From Elusimicrobiota bacterium (GTDB taxonomy: Bacteria; Elusimicrobiota; Elusimicrobia; UBA1565), in NCBI GenBank assembly GCA_043819795.1, contig JBDREN010000120.1, positions 1-64,000 of the forward strand: a stretch of DNA of 64,000 nucleotides. The letters run 5' to 3'. Shown piece after piece: positions 39,106 to 49,113 of this stretch. Made by a program: the position numbers and the translations under genes. Every line of letters starts with the position of its first letter. Within the stretch, counting starts at the first letter, position 1. Below the pieces are notes generated by a model that saw only the letters and a list, made by a program, of their open reading frames with translations, had not been told where the DNA came from and made no database searches.

Positions 39106-39807
39106 TCAGTCCAGCCCGGCGCGGCGCACCCGGAACGGCCCGGGATCGTCGAAATCGGTCGGGGGCAGGGGCGGTTCGAGGCCCGGCAGGCGGGCTCTGG
39201 CAAGGTACCGCTCTACGGGGTCTTCGTCGCGGAGGAGGGTCGCGACGGGAAGAAACCTCACGCGGGAGCGAGGTCTGAAGGCGGGGTTGATGCGATCGCC
39301 CACTTGCGACCCCGACGGCATCGCCGGCACGGGCTCGAGCGGGAAGACCTCCGCTCCGGGAGCCTCGGCCCGATCCCCTCTCCTGATTGCGCCCGCCGCC
39401 AGCCACCGGCCGCCGGTCCGCGCGGAGGTCCACACCGACCTCGCATACCTCTCTTGAACCCCGCGGCAACGCCCGCCGGGAGACCGTCGGACGCACGCGG
39501 CGACAAGATCGGCCCCAAGCGGCGGCTGTACGGGAACGCTTTCGATCTCCAGCAGATCCGGCCTTCCGGCCGCCAAGGGGAGCAAGGACTCATCGACGAC
39601 GTTCAAGATCGCCCCCAGCGTGCCCTCGTACCAGTGCGCCAATCCCACGTAGATCACGGGAACGGCGAAATCCGCCAGGACATAGAACGCGCGCTCTCCT
39701 CTCTCACCGCCCGAAGTGACGTATACCGCGCTCGAGGCGACCGCTGCGAAGAGGAACGCCTTTGGGAACCATACGCCCACGCCCCCATGGTGACGCGGAA
39801 TCGTCAC
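39106..39807 (-). CDS. Hypothetical protein (uncertain)
   Basis: Longest ORF in the gap, with a hydrophobic N-terminal segment, ending at the terminator. No recognised motif. Confidence 0.35.
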   Translation of the reverse strand: MTIPRHHGGVGVWFPKAFLFAAVASSAVYVTSGGERGERAFYVLADFAVPVIYVGLAHWYEGTLGAILNVVDESLLPLAAGRPDLLEIESVPVQPPLGADLVAACVRRSPGGRCRGVQERYARSVWTSARTGGRWLAAGAIRRGDRAEAPGAEVFPLEPVPAMPSGSQVGDRINPAFRPRSRVRFLPVATLLRDEDPVERYLARARLPGLEPPLPPTDFDDPGPFRVRRAGLD

Positions 39808-39912
39808 GCGGATGTTGCGGGAGATTAAATGAACGGCAAATTCCCAGGTCCCAAGAGCGCTGGGAAGGAGGGAGATGAGCGCTTTGGTCGATGGCCCCGG
39901 GGCTGGCCTCGA

Positions 39913-39958
39913 TCAGGACCGCTTGCGCCGCTGGAAGTCGAGCACGACCCGGGCCGGA
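39913..39958. repeat. Direct repeat of the 3' end of gene 44209-46434
   Basis: 39919-39958 is identical to 44215-44254 (40 bp); 44/46 identical when extended through the stop codon. Confidence 0.9.
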
Positions 39959-40055
39959 GACTCTGAGAAGCATGAGGTCCCGGTCGCATCAGCGGGCCCG
40001 CGGCTCGCCTGGGAAGAGGACCTTCAGCCCCGATGCCCAGCGCTTCCGTTCTTCT

Positions 40056-40151
40056 GGCTGACAAATAATAAAAGAGGGTATTTTACATATATTATTTCTA
40101 CATCAATGTCAGCGATCTGTCCGTGACATGACGGCGGGTTCCTGCTATCAT
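40056..40151 (+). promoter_or_regulatory. Conserved operator/promoter module, copy C
   Basis: ggCTGACa-N43-tGTCAGcg-atctgtcc-GTGACA-N17-TATCAT. Confidence 0.75.
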
Positions 40152-40209
40152 AATCATACCGACCACGATGCCGCGCCAAGGACGCTTCCCATATGAGGAG
40201 ATATCCCCG

Positions 40210-43200
40210 ATGAAAAAGATACTTTGCGCATTCCGGGCAGGGCTCGCGACAGCTTCGCTGGCGGGCTTCATGCTCATCGGCGGCGGTCCGGCGTTCGCGG
40301 ATGCGGACGGCGACGGCGTTCCCGACGGGACCGATAACTGCCCGTCGGTCCCCAATCCGGGCCTGGGCTTGCCCGGCTTCTCCGACCCCGTGGCCTACTG
40401 GACATTCGACTCCGGAAGCGCCGACGACTCGGCCGGCGCTCATGACGGCAGCGTCCACGGAGCGTCGCCCGTCTCCGGGCAGGCGGGCGGCGCCCTGAGC
40501 TTCGACGGCGCGGACGATTACGTGCTCGTACCGAACGCCGCGGGGCTCGATCTGACGGGCGCGCACACCCTGGAGGCGTGGGTCTATTTCCGTTCACTCC
40601 CGCCCGTCTGGGCTCCGCTCGGGATCGTGAAGACCGAGGCGTTCGGTCTTTTCTACTACAGCCCCGCGGGCATCGTCAGGCCGCACGTCTATTCCGGCGG
40701 GGCGTGGCGGTACTACAACTCCTACGTCACCCTCTCGCCCGGCGAGTGGTATCACTTTGTGCAGGTGTTCGATCCGCCGGTCCTGAAGTGGTATCTCAAC
40801 GGCCAACGCAAAGGGCTGCAGGACGTCGGCGTCTCCGCCGCGGACTCGTCTTCCCACGACCTCGCCATCGGGCGGGGCTGGGCGCCGACGGGAGGATACA
40901 AGGTCGACGGGGTGATCGATGAGGTCGCCCTCCACGGCCGCGCGCTGACGGGGGAGGAGGTCCGGCGGCACTATCAGCACGGGCTCCAAGCCCTAGGGTA
41001 TTACCCGGGCCAGGCCGACAGCGACGGCGACGGAGTCGGAGACGTCTGCGACAACTGCATGGCCGCCGCGAACCTCCTCCAGGAGGACGCCGATTCGGAC
41101 GGCGCGGGGGACGTGTGCGACAATTGCCCCCAGTCCCCGAATCCCGGGCAGGAGCCCTCGGCCTGCGTGGACACCGACGGGGATTCCGCGTTCGACCTCT
41201 TCGACAACTGCCCGGACGTCCCGAACGCGGGCCAGGAGGATGCGGACGCCCCGGACGCGATCTCCTATTGGAGCTTCGACGACGGGACCGCGGCCGACGC
41301 CCTCGGCTCGAACCACGGCGCGATCCAAGGCGGCGCGTACGCGGTGCCCGGGATGAACGGGCAGGCGCTCCGCTTCGACGGCGTCGACGACATGATCACG
41401 GTGCCCTTCGACATGTCCCTCAACCCGGAACATGTGACCATCGAGGCCTGGGTCAAGAGGGAACCCGGCTCCGTAGGGCGGCTGGTCGAGAAGGACGGCG
41501 CCTACATCGGCGGATACGACCTGCTGATCCTCTACGGCACCGGGGTGTACGGGCACGCCGAACCCGGGCATCTGTCCGCCAGCTTCGGACATCACTTGTG
41601 GGGCAACACCTGGGGCGACGAGTACTACGACCACGGCGAAGAAGACCCCGACCCGATGCCGGAGGAGCAATGGCAGCATGTCGCGGTCACCTACAGCGGC
41701 GACTATGCCCGGCTCTTCCGCAACGGCGTCGTCGTGGCCGAAGGCCGGACGCGCGGCTACCAGTACTTTTCGAAGCGCAACGGCGCCCTGCACATCGGCA
41801 GCAAGACGTTCGCCGGTGAGATCGACGAGGTCATCCTCTACGGCAGGGCGCTCTCGCCCGACGAGGTCCAAGGGCATTACCTGCGGAGCCTGGAAGGCGC
41901 GGGCTACCGGGGAGACGGCGTGGGAGAGGTCTGCGACAACGCGCCGGGGGTCTACAACCCGGACCAGGCGGACACCGACGGCGACGGGATCGGCGATGCC
42001 GGAGACAACTGCCCGGAGACCGCCAACGTCCAGCAGGAGGATTCCGACGGAGACGGCGTGGGTGACGCCTGCGACAACTGCGTGGCTCTCCCCAACCCGG
42101 AGCAGGAGGACGGCGACGGGGCGGGGCTCGGGGACGCCTGCGACAACTGCCCGCTCGTCCCCAATCCCGGCCAGGAGGACGCCGACGCCGACGGGGTGGG
42201 CGACGCCTGCGACAACTGCCCCGCGGCCGCGAATCCCGACCAGGCCGACGACGACGGAGCCGTGGCGGAGGGGCTCGTCGCCCGCTGGAAGCTGGACGAG
42301 GGGGCCGGCGCGGCGGCGGGCGATCAGACGGAGGCGCACGACGGAGCGATCCACGGCGCGACGTGGACCGACGGGGCCGAGGGCGGCGCCCTCGAGTTCG
42401 ACGGCCTCAACGATTACGTGAGCGTCCCCCATCACCCCGACTTCAACATCGGGACCACGGGGGAGATGACTTTCTGCGCGCGGGTCAACCTCAAGTCCTA
42501 CCCGGTCAGCTCCCAGTTCCGCTGTCCCATCGTGGAGAAAGGCGACGGCGGGCGCTGGGAGTACGCCTTATACATCAGCGCCGAAGGCTACCCTTACATG
42601 AACCTGTGGCCCTGCTCGGGCTCCTACGACCGCAGCACCACGGGGATGTTTGACCAACCGCTCGAGCTGGGGCGGTGGTACGCTTTGTGCGCGACCGTCA
42701 AAGACGGGGTGGAGGCCAGGCTCTATCTGGACGGGCGGATCGTGGGGGAGAACACCGGCTTCGCGGGCGTCCAGTGCGACGGGGACGCGCCGTTCCTGAT
42801 CGGGACCCGCACCAGCGGCTCCCAGTATCTCAACGCCGTGATCGACGAAGTCACGGTCCACGGCAGGGCCCTCTCCGCCGAGGAGATCGCGGCGCAGTAC
42901 GGAGACGGCGTCGGAGACGCCTGCGACGCCTGCCCCGGCGCCTTCGACCCGGACCAGGCCGACTCGGACGGCGACGGCATCGGGGACGCCTGCGATAACT
43001 GCCCGGCGGCCCCCAATCCCGATCAAAGCGACACGGACGGAGACCAGGAAGGGGACGCCTGCGACTGCGACGACGGCTTCTGCGACGGACGGGAGCCGCA
43101 GTTCTGCTCGGACCTGGGACGCCCCGATCCCACCTGCTGCGTGGATGGCGACGGGGACGGCTACGGCCAAGAAGGATTCACGTCCGGCTGCGCTTTCTCC

Positions 43201-44202
43201 GGGGCCGACTGCGACGATGGCGACGCGGCCGTGCATCCGGGAGCGACGGAAGCCTGCAATGGGACCGACGACGACTGCGACGGCTTCGTTGACGAGGGCT
43301 TCCCGGACACGGACTCAGACACGATCGCGGACTGCGTGGACCCCGACGACGACGACGACGGGGACCTAGACGAGGCCGATAACTGCCCGCTGACGGCCAA
43401 TCCCGACCAAGCCGACCTGGACGAGGACGGGGTCGGGGACGCCTGCGACGACGACCTCGACGGCGACGGCACGCCGAACGCGGAGGACGACGACGCCAGC
43501 CAGGTCATCGGCGAGGAGGGCGGCACCGTGGAGACCGACAACGCGGTCGTCACGATACCGCCCGATTCCTTCGAGGAGCCGGCCACGGTCACGGTGATCA
43601 GCACCACGGGCAGCTTCAAGGTCTCGACCAATAAGGGCGAGGCCTTCGCCCTGGCGGACTACGCGATCACGCCGGAGGGGGCGATCTTCGGCGAGCCGGT
43701 GACGATCGTGTTCACCTACGACGACACCATGCTAAAGAACCCGCGGCAGGAAGAGAAGATGGACGTCTTCTGGTTCAACCCCGCGACGGAGTCGTGGGAG
43801 GCCCAAAACGCCGAGCTCGACATGGAAGCCAACACCCTGACCCTGCATACCCATCACTTCAGCAACTTCGCGGTGTTCGCGCCGGAGGACGCCGACGCCG
43901 ACGGAGTTTACGACGGCTTCGGGGAGGAGGCGGACGCGTGTCCGGGCTCGACGGCGGACGGCATCGCGCTCAACCCGAACCAGTACGCCCAGAACTCGGG
44001 CTTCGGTCCCTTCGAAATCGGCCCGGACAACACCCAGAGCGCGGTCTACGACATGCTCGCGACCAGGGGCTGCACCTGCCGGCAGATCGTGGCGGCCTCG
44101 GGCGCGGGCAAGGGCCACCTGAAGAAGGGGTGCTCGCCAGGCCTCATGGAGGAGTGGACGGGTTTGAGCGGCGAGGCGGACCGGGGCGGCAAGGTCAAAT
44201 AG
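40210..44202 (+). CDS. Large secreted protein with three LamG domains, TSP3 repeats and a ZU5-like region
   Basis: Signal peptide; three LamG domains; many DNCP..NP.Q.D.DGDG.GDAC repeats; [21 protein letters not shown] motif; HFSNFAV; Cys-rich tail. Confidence 0.92.
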   Translation: MKKILCAFRAGLATASLAGFMLIGGGPAFADADGDGVPDGTDNCPSVPNPGLGLPGFSDPVAYWTFDSGSADDSAGAHDGSVHGASPVSGQAGGALSFDGADDYVLVPNAAGLDLTGAHTLEAWVYFRSLPPVWAPLGIVKTEAFGLFYYSPAGIVRPHVYSGGAWRYYNSYVTLSPGEWYHFVQVFDPPVLKWYLNGQRKGLQDVGVSAADSSSHDLAIGRGWAPTGGYKVDGVIDEVALHGRALTGEEVRRHYQHGLQALGYYPGQADSDGDGVGDVCDNCMAAANLLQEDADSDGAGDVCDNCPQSPNPGQEPSACVDTDGDSAFDLFDNCPDVPNAGQEDADAPDAISYWSFDDGTAADALGSNHGAIQGGAYAVPGMNGQALRFDGVDDMITVPFDMSLNPEHVTIEAWVKREPGSVGRLVEKDGAYIGGYDLLILYGTGVYGHAEPGHLSASFGHHLWGNTWGDEYYDHGEEDPDPMPEEQWQHVAVTYSGDYARLFRNGVVVAEGRTRGYQYFSKRNGALHIGSKTFAGEIDEVILYGRALSPDEVQGHYLRSLEGAGYRGDGVGEVCDNAPGVYNPDQADTDGDGIGDAGDNCPETANVQQEDSDGDGVGDACDNCVALPNPEQEDGDGAGLGDACDNCPLVPNPGQEDADADGVGDACDNCPAAANPDQADDDGAVAEGLVARWKLDEGAGAAAGDQTEAHDGAIHGATWTDGAEGGALEFDGLNDYVSVPHHPDFNIGTTGEMTFCARVNLKSYPVSSQFRCPIVEKGDGGRWEYALYISAEGYPYMNLWPCSGSYDRSTTGMFDQPLELGRWYALCATVKDGVEARLYLDGRIVGENTGFAGVQCDGDAPFLIGTRTSGSQYLNAVIDEVTVHGRALSAEEIAAQYGDGVGDACDACPGAFDPDQADSDGDGIGDACDNCPAAPNPDQSDTDGDQEGDACDCDDGFCDGREPQFCSDLGRPDPTCCVDGDGDGYGQEGFTSGCAFSGADCDDGDAAVHPGATEACNGTDDDCDGFVDEGFPDTDSDTIADCVDPDDDDDGDLDEADNCPLTANPDQADLDEDGVGDACDDDLDGDGTPNAEDDDASQVIGEEGGTVETDNAVVTIPPDSFEEPATVTVISTTGSFKVSTNKGEAFALADYAITPEGAIFGEPVTIVFTYDDTMLKNPRQEEKMDVFWFNPATESWEAQNAELDMEANTLTLHTHHFSNFAVFAPEDADADGVYDGFGEEADACPGSTADGIALNPNQYAQNSGFGPFEIGPDNTQSAVYDMLATRGCTCRQIVAASGAGKGHLKKGCSPGLMEEWTGLSGEADRGGKVK

Positions 44203-44208
44203 CGCCGG

Positions 44209-46434
44209 TCACGGCCGCTTGCGCCGCTGGAAGTCGAGCACGACCCGGGCCGGATTCTCGGGGAAGGCGGCGGGGTCCTCGTTCGGGCTATCGAGGACCT
44301 CGTAGACCGTGAGCCAGCGGGGGTTCTCCCCGCCGTCTTCCCGATCCTCGAAGAGCTTCTTGAGGCGGCGGCGCCAGAACTCCCCGAAGACCTCCCCGCG
44401 GATGAGGTCCTTGGGCATCACGGCCTCGGCGTCGGCGCGGTAGAGCATCTGCCGCGCGCTCAGGAAGACGTGCGTGACGCCCAGACCCCTGACCGCGGCG
44501 TGGAGCTCATCGGCGCTCCTTGCCGCGCGCACGGCGACCCAGAACGGGTTATGGTCGAAGACGGTCGCAGCGATGAAATCCCGCTCGCAGTAGTAGGCCC
44601 GCGACTCGCCCAGGAAGAGCACCTTCGCGTCCAGGGGCAGGCTCTCGTTGACGAACTCCATGGCCGCGTAGTACGGCAGCCCGTAGGTTACGTGCTGGCG
44701 CTTCAGGTATTCGGCGCGCTCCAGGCGCCCGCGCAACACGTCCCATTGCCCGATCATCTCCCCCTGCCGCAGGACGACCTGAAGGTCGAACAGGCAGGCC
44801 ATGATGGCGAGCGTCCATCCGGCGCGGCGCAGCCAGCCGGGGAAAGCCCCCCGCTGCACGGCCAGGGCCACCACGCCGGCCAGAAGCGGCAGAACGGGCA
44901 GCACGAAGCGGACCAGCCGGCTGGCCAGGCACCAGGACAAGTAGCCCGCCGCGGCGAGCACGGCCACGGCCGTCCATGCGGCGGTGTGCGGGCGTCCGGG
45001 CGCCGGGGTCCACTTGAGGAAGAACGCCCAGGGGATGAGCAGGAGAAACGCGGGACCCGCCCAATCGCCGGCGGGCCAGTCCCCCACCGAGTAGGTCCAG
45101 GGATGCGTGAGGAAGGCCTTCCACCCGTCGGCCGAACCGAACGTGGCCGCGAGGTCCCGGGAGCCGGCCGCTTCCATGAACGCGCTCCAGTGCGCCGGGG
45201 CGGCCCAGCCCAAGGCCTGATGGAAGAACGGGTAGACCGGGTTCCCGTAGAACACTAGGTTCTTGACGAGCCAAGGGGCGAAGGCCAAGGCCGCGGCCGC
45301 CGCCATCCAGAAGGTCTCGCGCGCGGGACGGCCCGCTCTCCGTCCCAGCCAAAAACGGACCAGGACGAAGGCGGCGCCCACCGGCAGGACGTTGTACTTC
45401 ACTCCCATCGCGAAGCCGGCGAGAAGGCCCGCGGCGAGGGGCCAGGCCAGCGGCCTTTCCACCTGCCTGCCCGCCAGCCCTTGCGGCAGGGCGACGAGAG
45501 CGAGCGCGATGTAGAAGCTGGCGCCCAAGTCCACCCCGCAGTGCCAGGACGCGTAGAGCGCGACGGGGCACAGGTAGAAGACCAGCGCCGCGAGCAGGCC
45601 GGCCGCGTCCGAGGCGTGCCTGCGCATCCATGCCCACAGCGCCGCGGCCGCCCCCAGCCCGAAGGAGCAATGCAGGAGCGCGGCCAGCCCCTCGCCGGAG
45701 AGGGCCAGAGCCAGGCCGTAGAGGGACTGCAGCCCGAGCGGCGTCCCGGAGAAAACATTCCCGGGCGTCGCCATGATCTCCCCGCGCAGCAGAAAGAGCT
45801 TGGGAAGCGCCAGGTGATAGACCAGCGAGTCGTAGAAGATCTCGGGCGCGGCCGTGGTCACCACGTTCAGAAGAGCCGCGACGGCGATCAGGACGACGGC
45901 CGCGTTCTCCCATAGGCCGCGGCGGGCTACTTGCGGGAGCGCGACGTCGGTCTCCTCGGCGGGCGCGGAGCCGCCCGCCTTCCGGCGGCGCCGCCAGCGC
46001 CGAATGGCGGACGCGGCCAAGACGGCGAGCCCTCCGAAGAAAAGCCCGCGAAGCAGCTCCGGACTCCAGAGCCCGGCCATACCCAGGCCCAGCAGGATCA
46101 AGGAGACGGTCCCGGCGCCGAGCCCCGCCGAGAGCAGGCGGCGCTCCGCTCGGGTCATGCCGGCGAGACCGATCCAGCGTGCGAGGACCCCTCCCACGCC
46201 CCCGAACAGAAGCCACATCGCGGCGACCCAAAGCAGGTCCCGGCCCAGGCCCGCGTGCAGGATGCGCGGAAGGTCCGACAGCAGCCCCAGGAAGCTCCGC
46301 CAGTCGGACGGCACGAACGTCACGCCCTGGCGCCTGAACGCCACCGCGGCCCACACCGTCCAGACGCACAAGACGGTGGATGCCGCGAGCGCGGGGACCG
46401 AGAGCGGGAGGGAGCTGGCCGGCCGGCGCTTCAA
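44209..46434 (-). CDS. Polytopic membrane protein, GT-C (ArnT/PMT-like) glycosyltransferase family
   Basis: YDSLVYHL, GVKYN, PWLVKN..GNPVYPF and RFVLP motifs. TTG start overlaps the hemL stop. Confidence 0.78.
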   Translation of the reverse strand: MKRRPASSLPLSVPALAASTVLCVWTVWAAVAFRRQGVTFVPSDWRSFLGLLSDLPRILHAGLGRDLLWVAAMWLLFGGVGGVLARWIGLAGMTRAERRLLSAGLGAGTVSLILLGLGMAGLWSPELLRGLFFGGLAVLAASAIRRWRRRRKAGGSAPAEETDVALPQVARRGLWENAAVVLIAVAALLNVVTTAAPEIFYDSLVYHLALPKLFLLRGEIMATPGNVFSGTPLGLQSLYGLALALSGEGLAALLHCSFGLGAAAALWAWMRRHASDAAGLLAALVFYLCPVALYASWHCGVDLGASFYIALALVALPQGLAGRQVERPLAWPLAAGLLAGFAMGVKYNVLPVGAAFVLVRFWLGRRAGRPARETFWMAAAAALAFAPWLVKNLVFYGNPVYPFFHQALGWAAPAHWSAFMEAAGSRDLAATFGSADGWKAFLTHPWTYSVGDWPAGDWAGPAFLLLIPWAFFLKWTPAPGRPHTAAWTAVAVLAAAGYLSWCLASRLVRFVLPVLPLLAGVVALAVQRGAFPGWLRRAGWTLAIMACLFDLQVVLRQGEMIGQWDVLRGRLERAEYLKRQHVTYGLPYYAAMEFVNESLPLDAKVLFLGESRAYYCERDFIAATVFDHNPFWVAVRAARSADELHAAVRGLGVTHVFLSARQMLYRADAEAVMPKDLIRGEVFGEFWRRRLKKLFEDREDGGENPRWLTVYEVLDSPNEDPAAFPENPARVVLDFQRRKRP

Positions 46435-47708
46435 AGGTTCTTGAAGGCCCGTGCCGCCGCCTCGAGCGTGCGCTCGAGGTCGAGGTTCGTGTGCTTGACG
46501 CTGAGCATGGCGGCCTCGAACTGGGACGGCGGGAAGTAGACGCCGCGCTTGAGCAGGGCGTGGAAGAACCGGGCGTAGGCGCGCGCGTCGGCCGTCTTGG
46601 CGGAGGCGAAGTCGCGCACCGGCTGCTCGGTGAAGAACACCGTGAACATCGAGGCCACGTGGTTAACCTGGACCGGCACGCTCGCGAAGCGCGCTAGGCC
46701 GCGCAGCTCGGTGACCAGGACCGCCGTCCTCTCGGCCAGGTCCGCGTAGGTATTCTTCCGCTTGAGGACCTTCAGCGTCGCCAGCCCCGCCGCCATGGCC
46801 ACGGGGTTGCCCGAGAGGGTCCCGGCCTGGTAGACGGGCCCGAGCGGAGCGACGGTCTCCATGATCCGCCTTGTTCCGCCGTAAGCTCCGACCGGGAAGC
46901 CGCCGCCGATGATCTTGCCCAGGCAGGTGAGGTCGGGGCGGATTCCCATCGTGGTCTGGGCCCCGCCGTAGAACATCCGGAAGCCGGTGATGACCTCGTC
47001 GAAGACGAGGAGGCTGCCGCTCTTGCGGGTGACCTCGCGCAGCGTCTCGAGGAAGCCCTCCCGCGGCGGCACCACGCCCATGTTCGCCGCGACCGGCTCC
47101 ACCACGGCCGCCGCGATCCGGCGGCCATAGCGCCGGAACGCGCGCTCCACGGCCTCGACGTCGTTGTAGGGAAGGATCAGCGTCGTCTTCGCCCAGGACG
47201 CGGGCACCCCCGCCGAGTCCGGACGCCCGAGAGTCGCGGCGCCCGAGCCCGCGGCCACGAGCAGGCAGTCGGCATGGCCGTGGTAGCCCCCGGCGAACTT
47301 CACGATGAGGTCCCGTCCCGTGAAAGCCCGCGCCACGCGCAGCGCGCTCATCACGGCCTCGGTGCCCGAGCTCGTGAAGCGCACCCGCTCCATCGACGGA
47401 AGGGCTTCGCGCACGGCCTCGCCCAGGCGCAGCTCCGACTCGGTCGGGGCCCCGAAGCTCGAGCCCTTCTTGAGCGCCGCGGCGGCCGCGGACGTCACCT
47501 CCGGATGGGCGTGACCCAAAATCAACGGCCCCCAGGAAAGGCAGTAATCGATGTAGGTCCTGCCGTCGGCGTCCGTGATGCGCGCGCCCTTGCCCGAGCG
47601 GATGAACAGGGGGGTCCCGCCCACGGCCCGGAAGGCCCGCACCGGCGAGTTAACGCCTCCGACGAGGACCTTCTGCGAGTCGCGGAAGAGGGACTTCGAG
47701 CGCCTCAT
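46431..47708 (-). CDS. hemL: Glutamate-1-semialdehyde 2,1-aminomutase
   Basis: GGVNSPVRAF, SGTEA, DEVITGFR, GKIIGGG and YQAGTLSGNP motifs. Confidence 0.97.
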   Translation of the reverse strand: MRRSKSLFRDSQKVLVGGVNSPVRAFRAVGGTPLFIRSGKGARITDADGRTYIDYCLSWGPLILGHAHPEVTSAAAAALKKGSSFGAPTESELRLGEAVREALPSMERVRFTSSGTEAVMSALRVARAFTGRDLIVKFAGGYHGHADCLLVAAGSGAATLGRPDSAGVPASWAKTTLILPYNDVEAVERAFRRYGRRIAAAVVEPVAANMGVVPPREGFLETLREVTRKSGSLLVFDEVITGFRMFYGGAQTTMGIRPDLTCLGKIIGGGFPVGAYGGTRRIMETVAPLGPVYQAGTLSGNPVAMAAGLATLKVLKRKNTYADLAERTAVLVTELRGLARFASVPVQVNHVASMFTVFFTEQPVRDFASAKTADARAYARFFHALLKRGVYFPPSQFEAAMLSVKHTNLDLERTLEAAARAFKNL

Positions 47709-47757
47709 GCTCCCTCCCGGCAAAGGCCCCGGAAACAGCCGGTTATAGCCGAAATGA

Positions 47758-48744
47758 TCATTCCCCGAGCCAGCGGGCCGCGTCCAGCGCGTGGTAGGTG
47801 ATGATGAAGTCGGCCCCGGCGCGCTTGATGGCCGTGAGCGCCTCGAGCGCCGTCTTGCGCTCGTTCATCCAGCCCCGCTCCGCGGCGGCCCGGATCATCG
47901 AGAACTCGCCCGAGACGCTGTAGGCGGCCGTCGGAAGACCGAAGCGCTCGCGCACGGCCGCGAGCACGTCCAGATATGCCAAAGCGGGCTTGACCATGAC
48001 CATGTCGGCGCCCTCTTCCACGTCGAGCGCCACCTCGCGCAAGGCCTCGCGCACGTTGGCCGGATCCATCTGGTAAGTGGAGCGGTCGCCGAACTGGGGA
48101 GGGGACTCGGCCGCGTCGCGAAACGGGCCGTAGAACGCGCTGGAATACTTCGCCGAGTAGGCGAGGATCGCCGTGTCGCGCAGGCCCGCGCCGTCGAGGG
48201 CGCCGCGGATCGTCGCGACCTGGCCGTCGATCATGCCGCTCGGGGCCACCACGTCGGCGCCGGCCTTGGCCTGGCTCACGGCCGTCTTGGCGACGAGGTC
48301 GAGCGTGGCGTCGTTGTCGAGGATGAAGCCGCCGCCCGCCCGCCGCACGACCCCGCAGTGGCCGTGGTCGGTGTACTCGCAGAAACAGAGGTCGGCGACG
48401 GCGACCAGGTCCGGGGCCGCTTCCTTGACGGCTCGCAGAGCCTCCTGGACGATCCCCTTGGGCGCGTAGGCCCCCGAGGCGTGCTCGTCTTTGCGATCCG
48501 GGATACCGAAGAGGATGACGGCCGGCACACCGAGGCCCTCCACCTCGGGGACGACCTTGGCCAGCTCGTCCACGGAGTATTGGAAATGCCCCGGCATGGA
48601 GGAGATCGGCTTCTTCACCCCTTTCCCGGGACGGACGAAGAAGGGCATCACGAAGTCGGCCGGGGTGAGGACCGTCTCGCGCACCAAGGCGCGCATCCCG
48701 GGCGTGACGCGAAGACGGCGCGGGCGGTGGGTGGGGAATGGCAT
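47758..48744 (-). CDS. hemB: Porphobilinogen synthase (Zn-type)
   Basis: DLCFCEYTDHGHCG, SAFYGPFRDA and MVKP motifs. Confidence 0.97.
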   Translation of the reverse strand: MPFPTHRPRRLRVTPGMRALVRETVLTPADFVMPFFVRPGKGVKKPISSMPGHFQYSVDELAKVVPEVEGLGVPAVILFGIPDRKDEHASGAYAPKGIVQEALRAVKEAAPDLVAVADLCFCEYTDHGHCGVVRRAGGGFILDNDATLDLVAKTAVSQAKAGADVVAPSGMIDGQVATIRGALDGAGLRDTAILAYSAKYSSAFYGPFRDAAESPPQFGDRSTYQMDPANVREALREVALDVEEGADMVMVKPALAYLDVLAAVRERFGLPTAAYSVSGEFSMIRAAAERGWMNERKTALEALTAIKRAGADFIITYHALDAARWLGE

Positions 48745-48788
48745 GGGCCCATTCTACAAAAATGCCGGGCTCAACGGCCTCTATCCGA

Positions 48789-49007
48789 CTCGCGCGGGCC
48801 ATCAGGCCCCGAGACGCAGTCGAGGTGCGACGTATTGGACGGCGGCATGGTCCGCCGACCTTAGTGGGGGTGACCCGCAAGGCCCACTCAGGCGATGTGG
48901 GTCTTGCGGGCCCGAGGGGGCGGCAGCCCCCAGGGGGAGCACCCGCGCGAGCACGAAACCTCTCTCGCGCGGGCCATCAGGCCCCGAGCGTCAGCGAGGG
49001 GTGCGAC
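48789..49007 (-). repeat. Structured dispersed repeat, copy 2 (48841-49007), plus a tandem partial module (48789-48831)
   Basis: Reverse complement aligns to 3217-3372. ctcgcgcgggccatcaggccccgag is duplicated locally. Confidence 0.85.
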
Positions 49008-49017
49008 AGAGAGACCC

Positions 49018-49046
49018 TTGACGCTCTAACATAGTCCCACTATCCT
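49018..49046 (+). promoter_or_regulatory. Sigma70-type promoter
   Basis: TTGACG-N17-TATCCT. Confidence 0.55.
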
Positions 49047-49113
49047 TGCTAATAGGATAGCCCGATCGGCCGCCCGGAGAATACCCCTCCGGTCTCCGAG
49101 CCGACGCGTGAAC

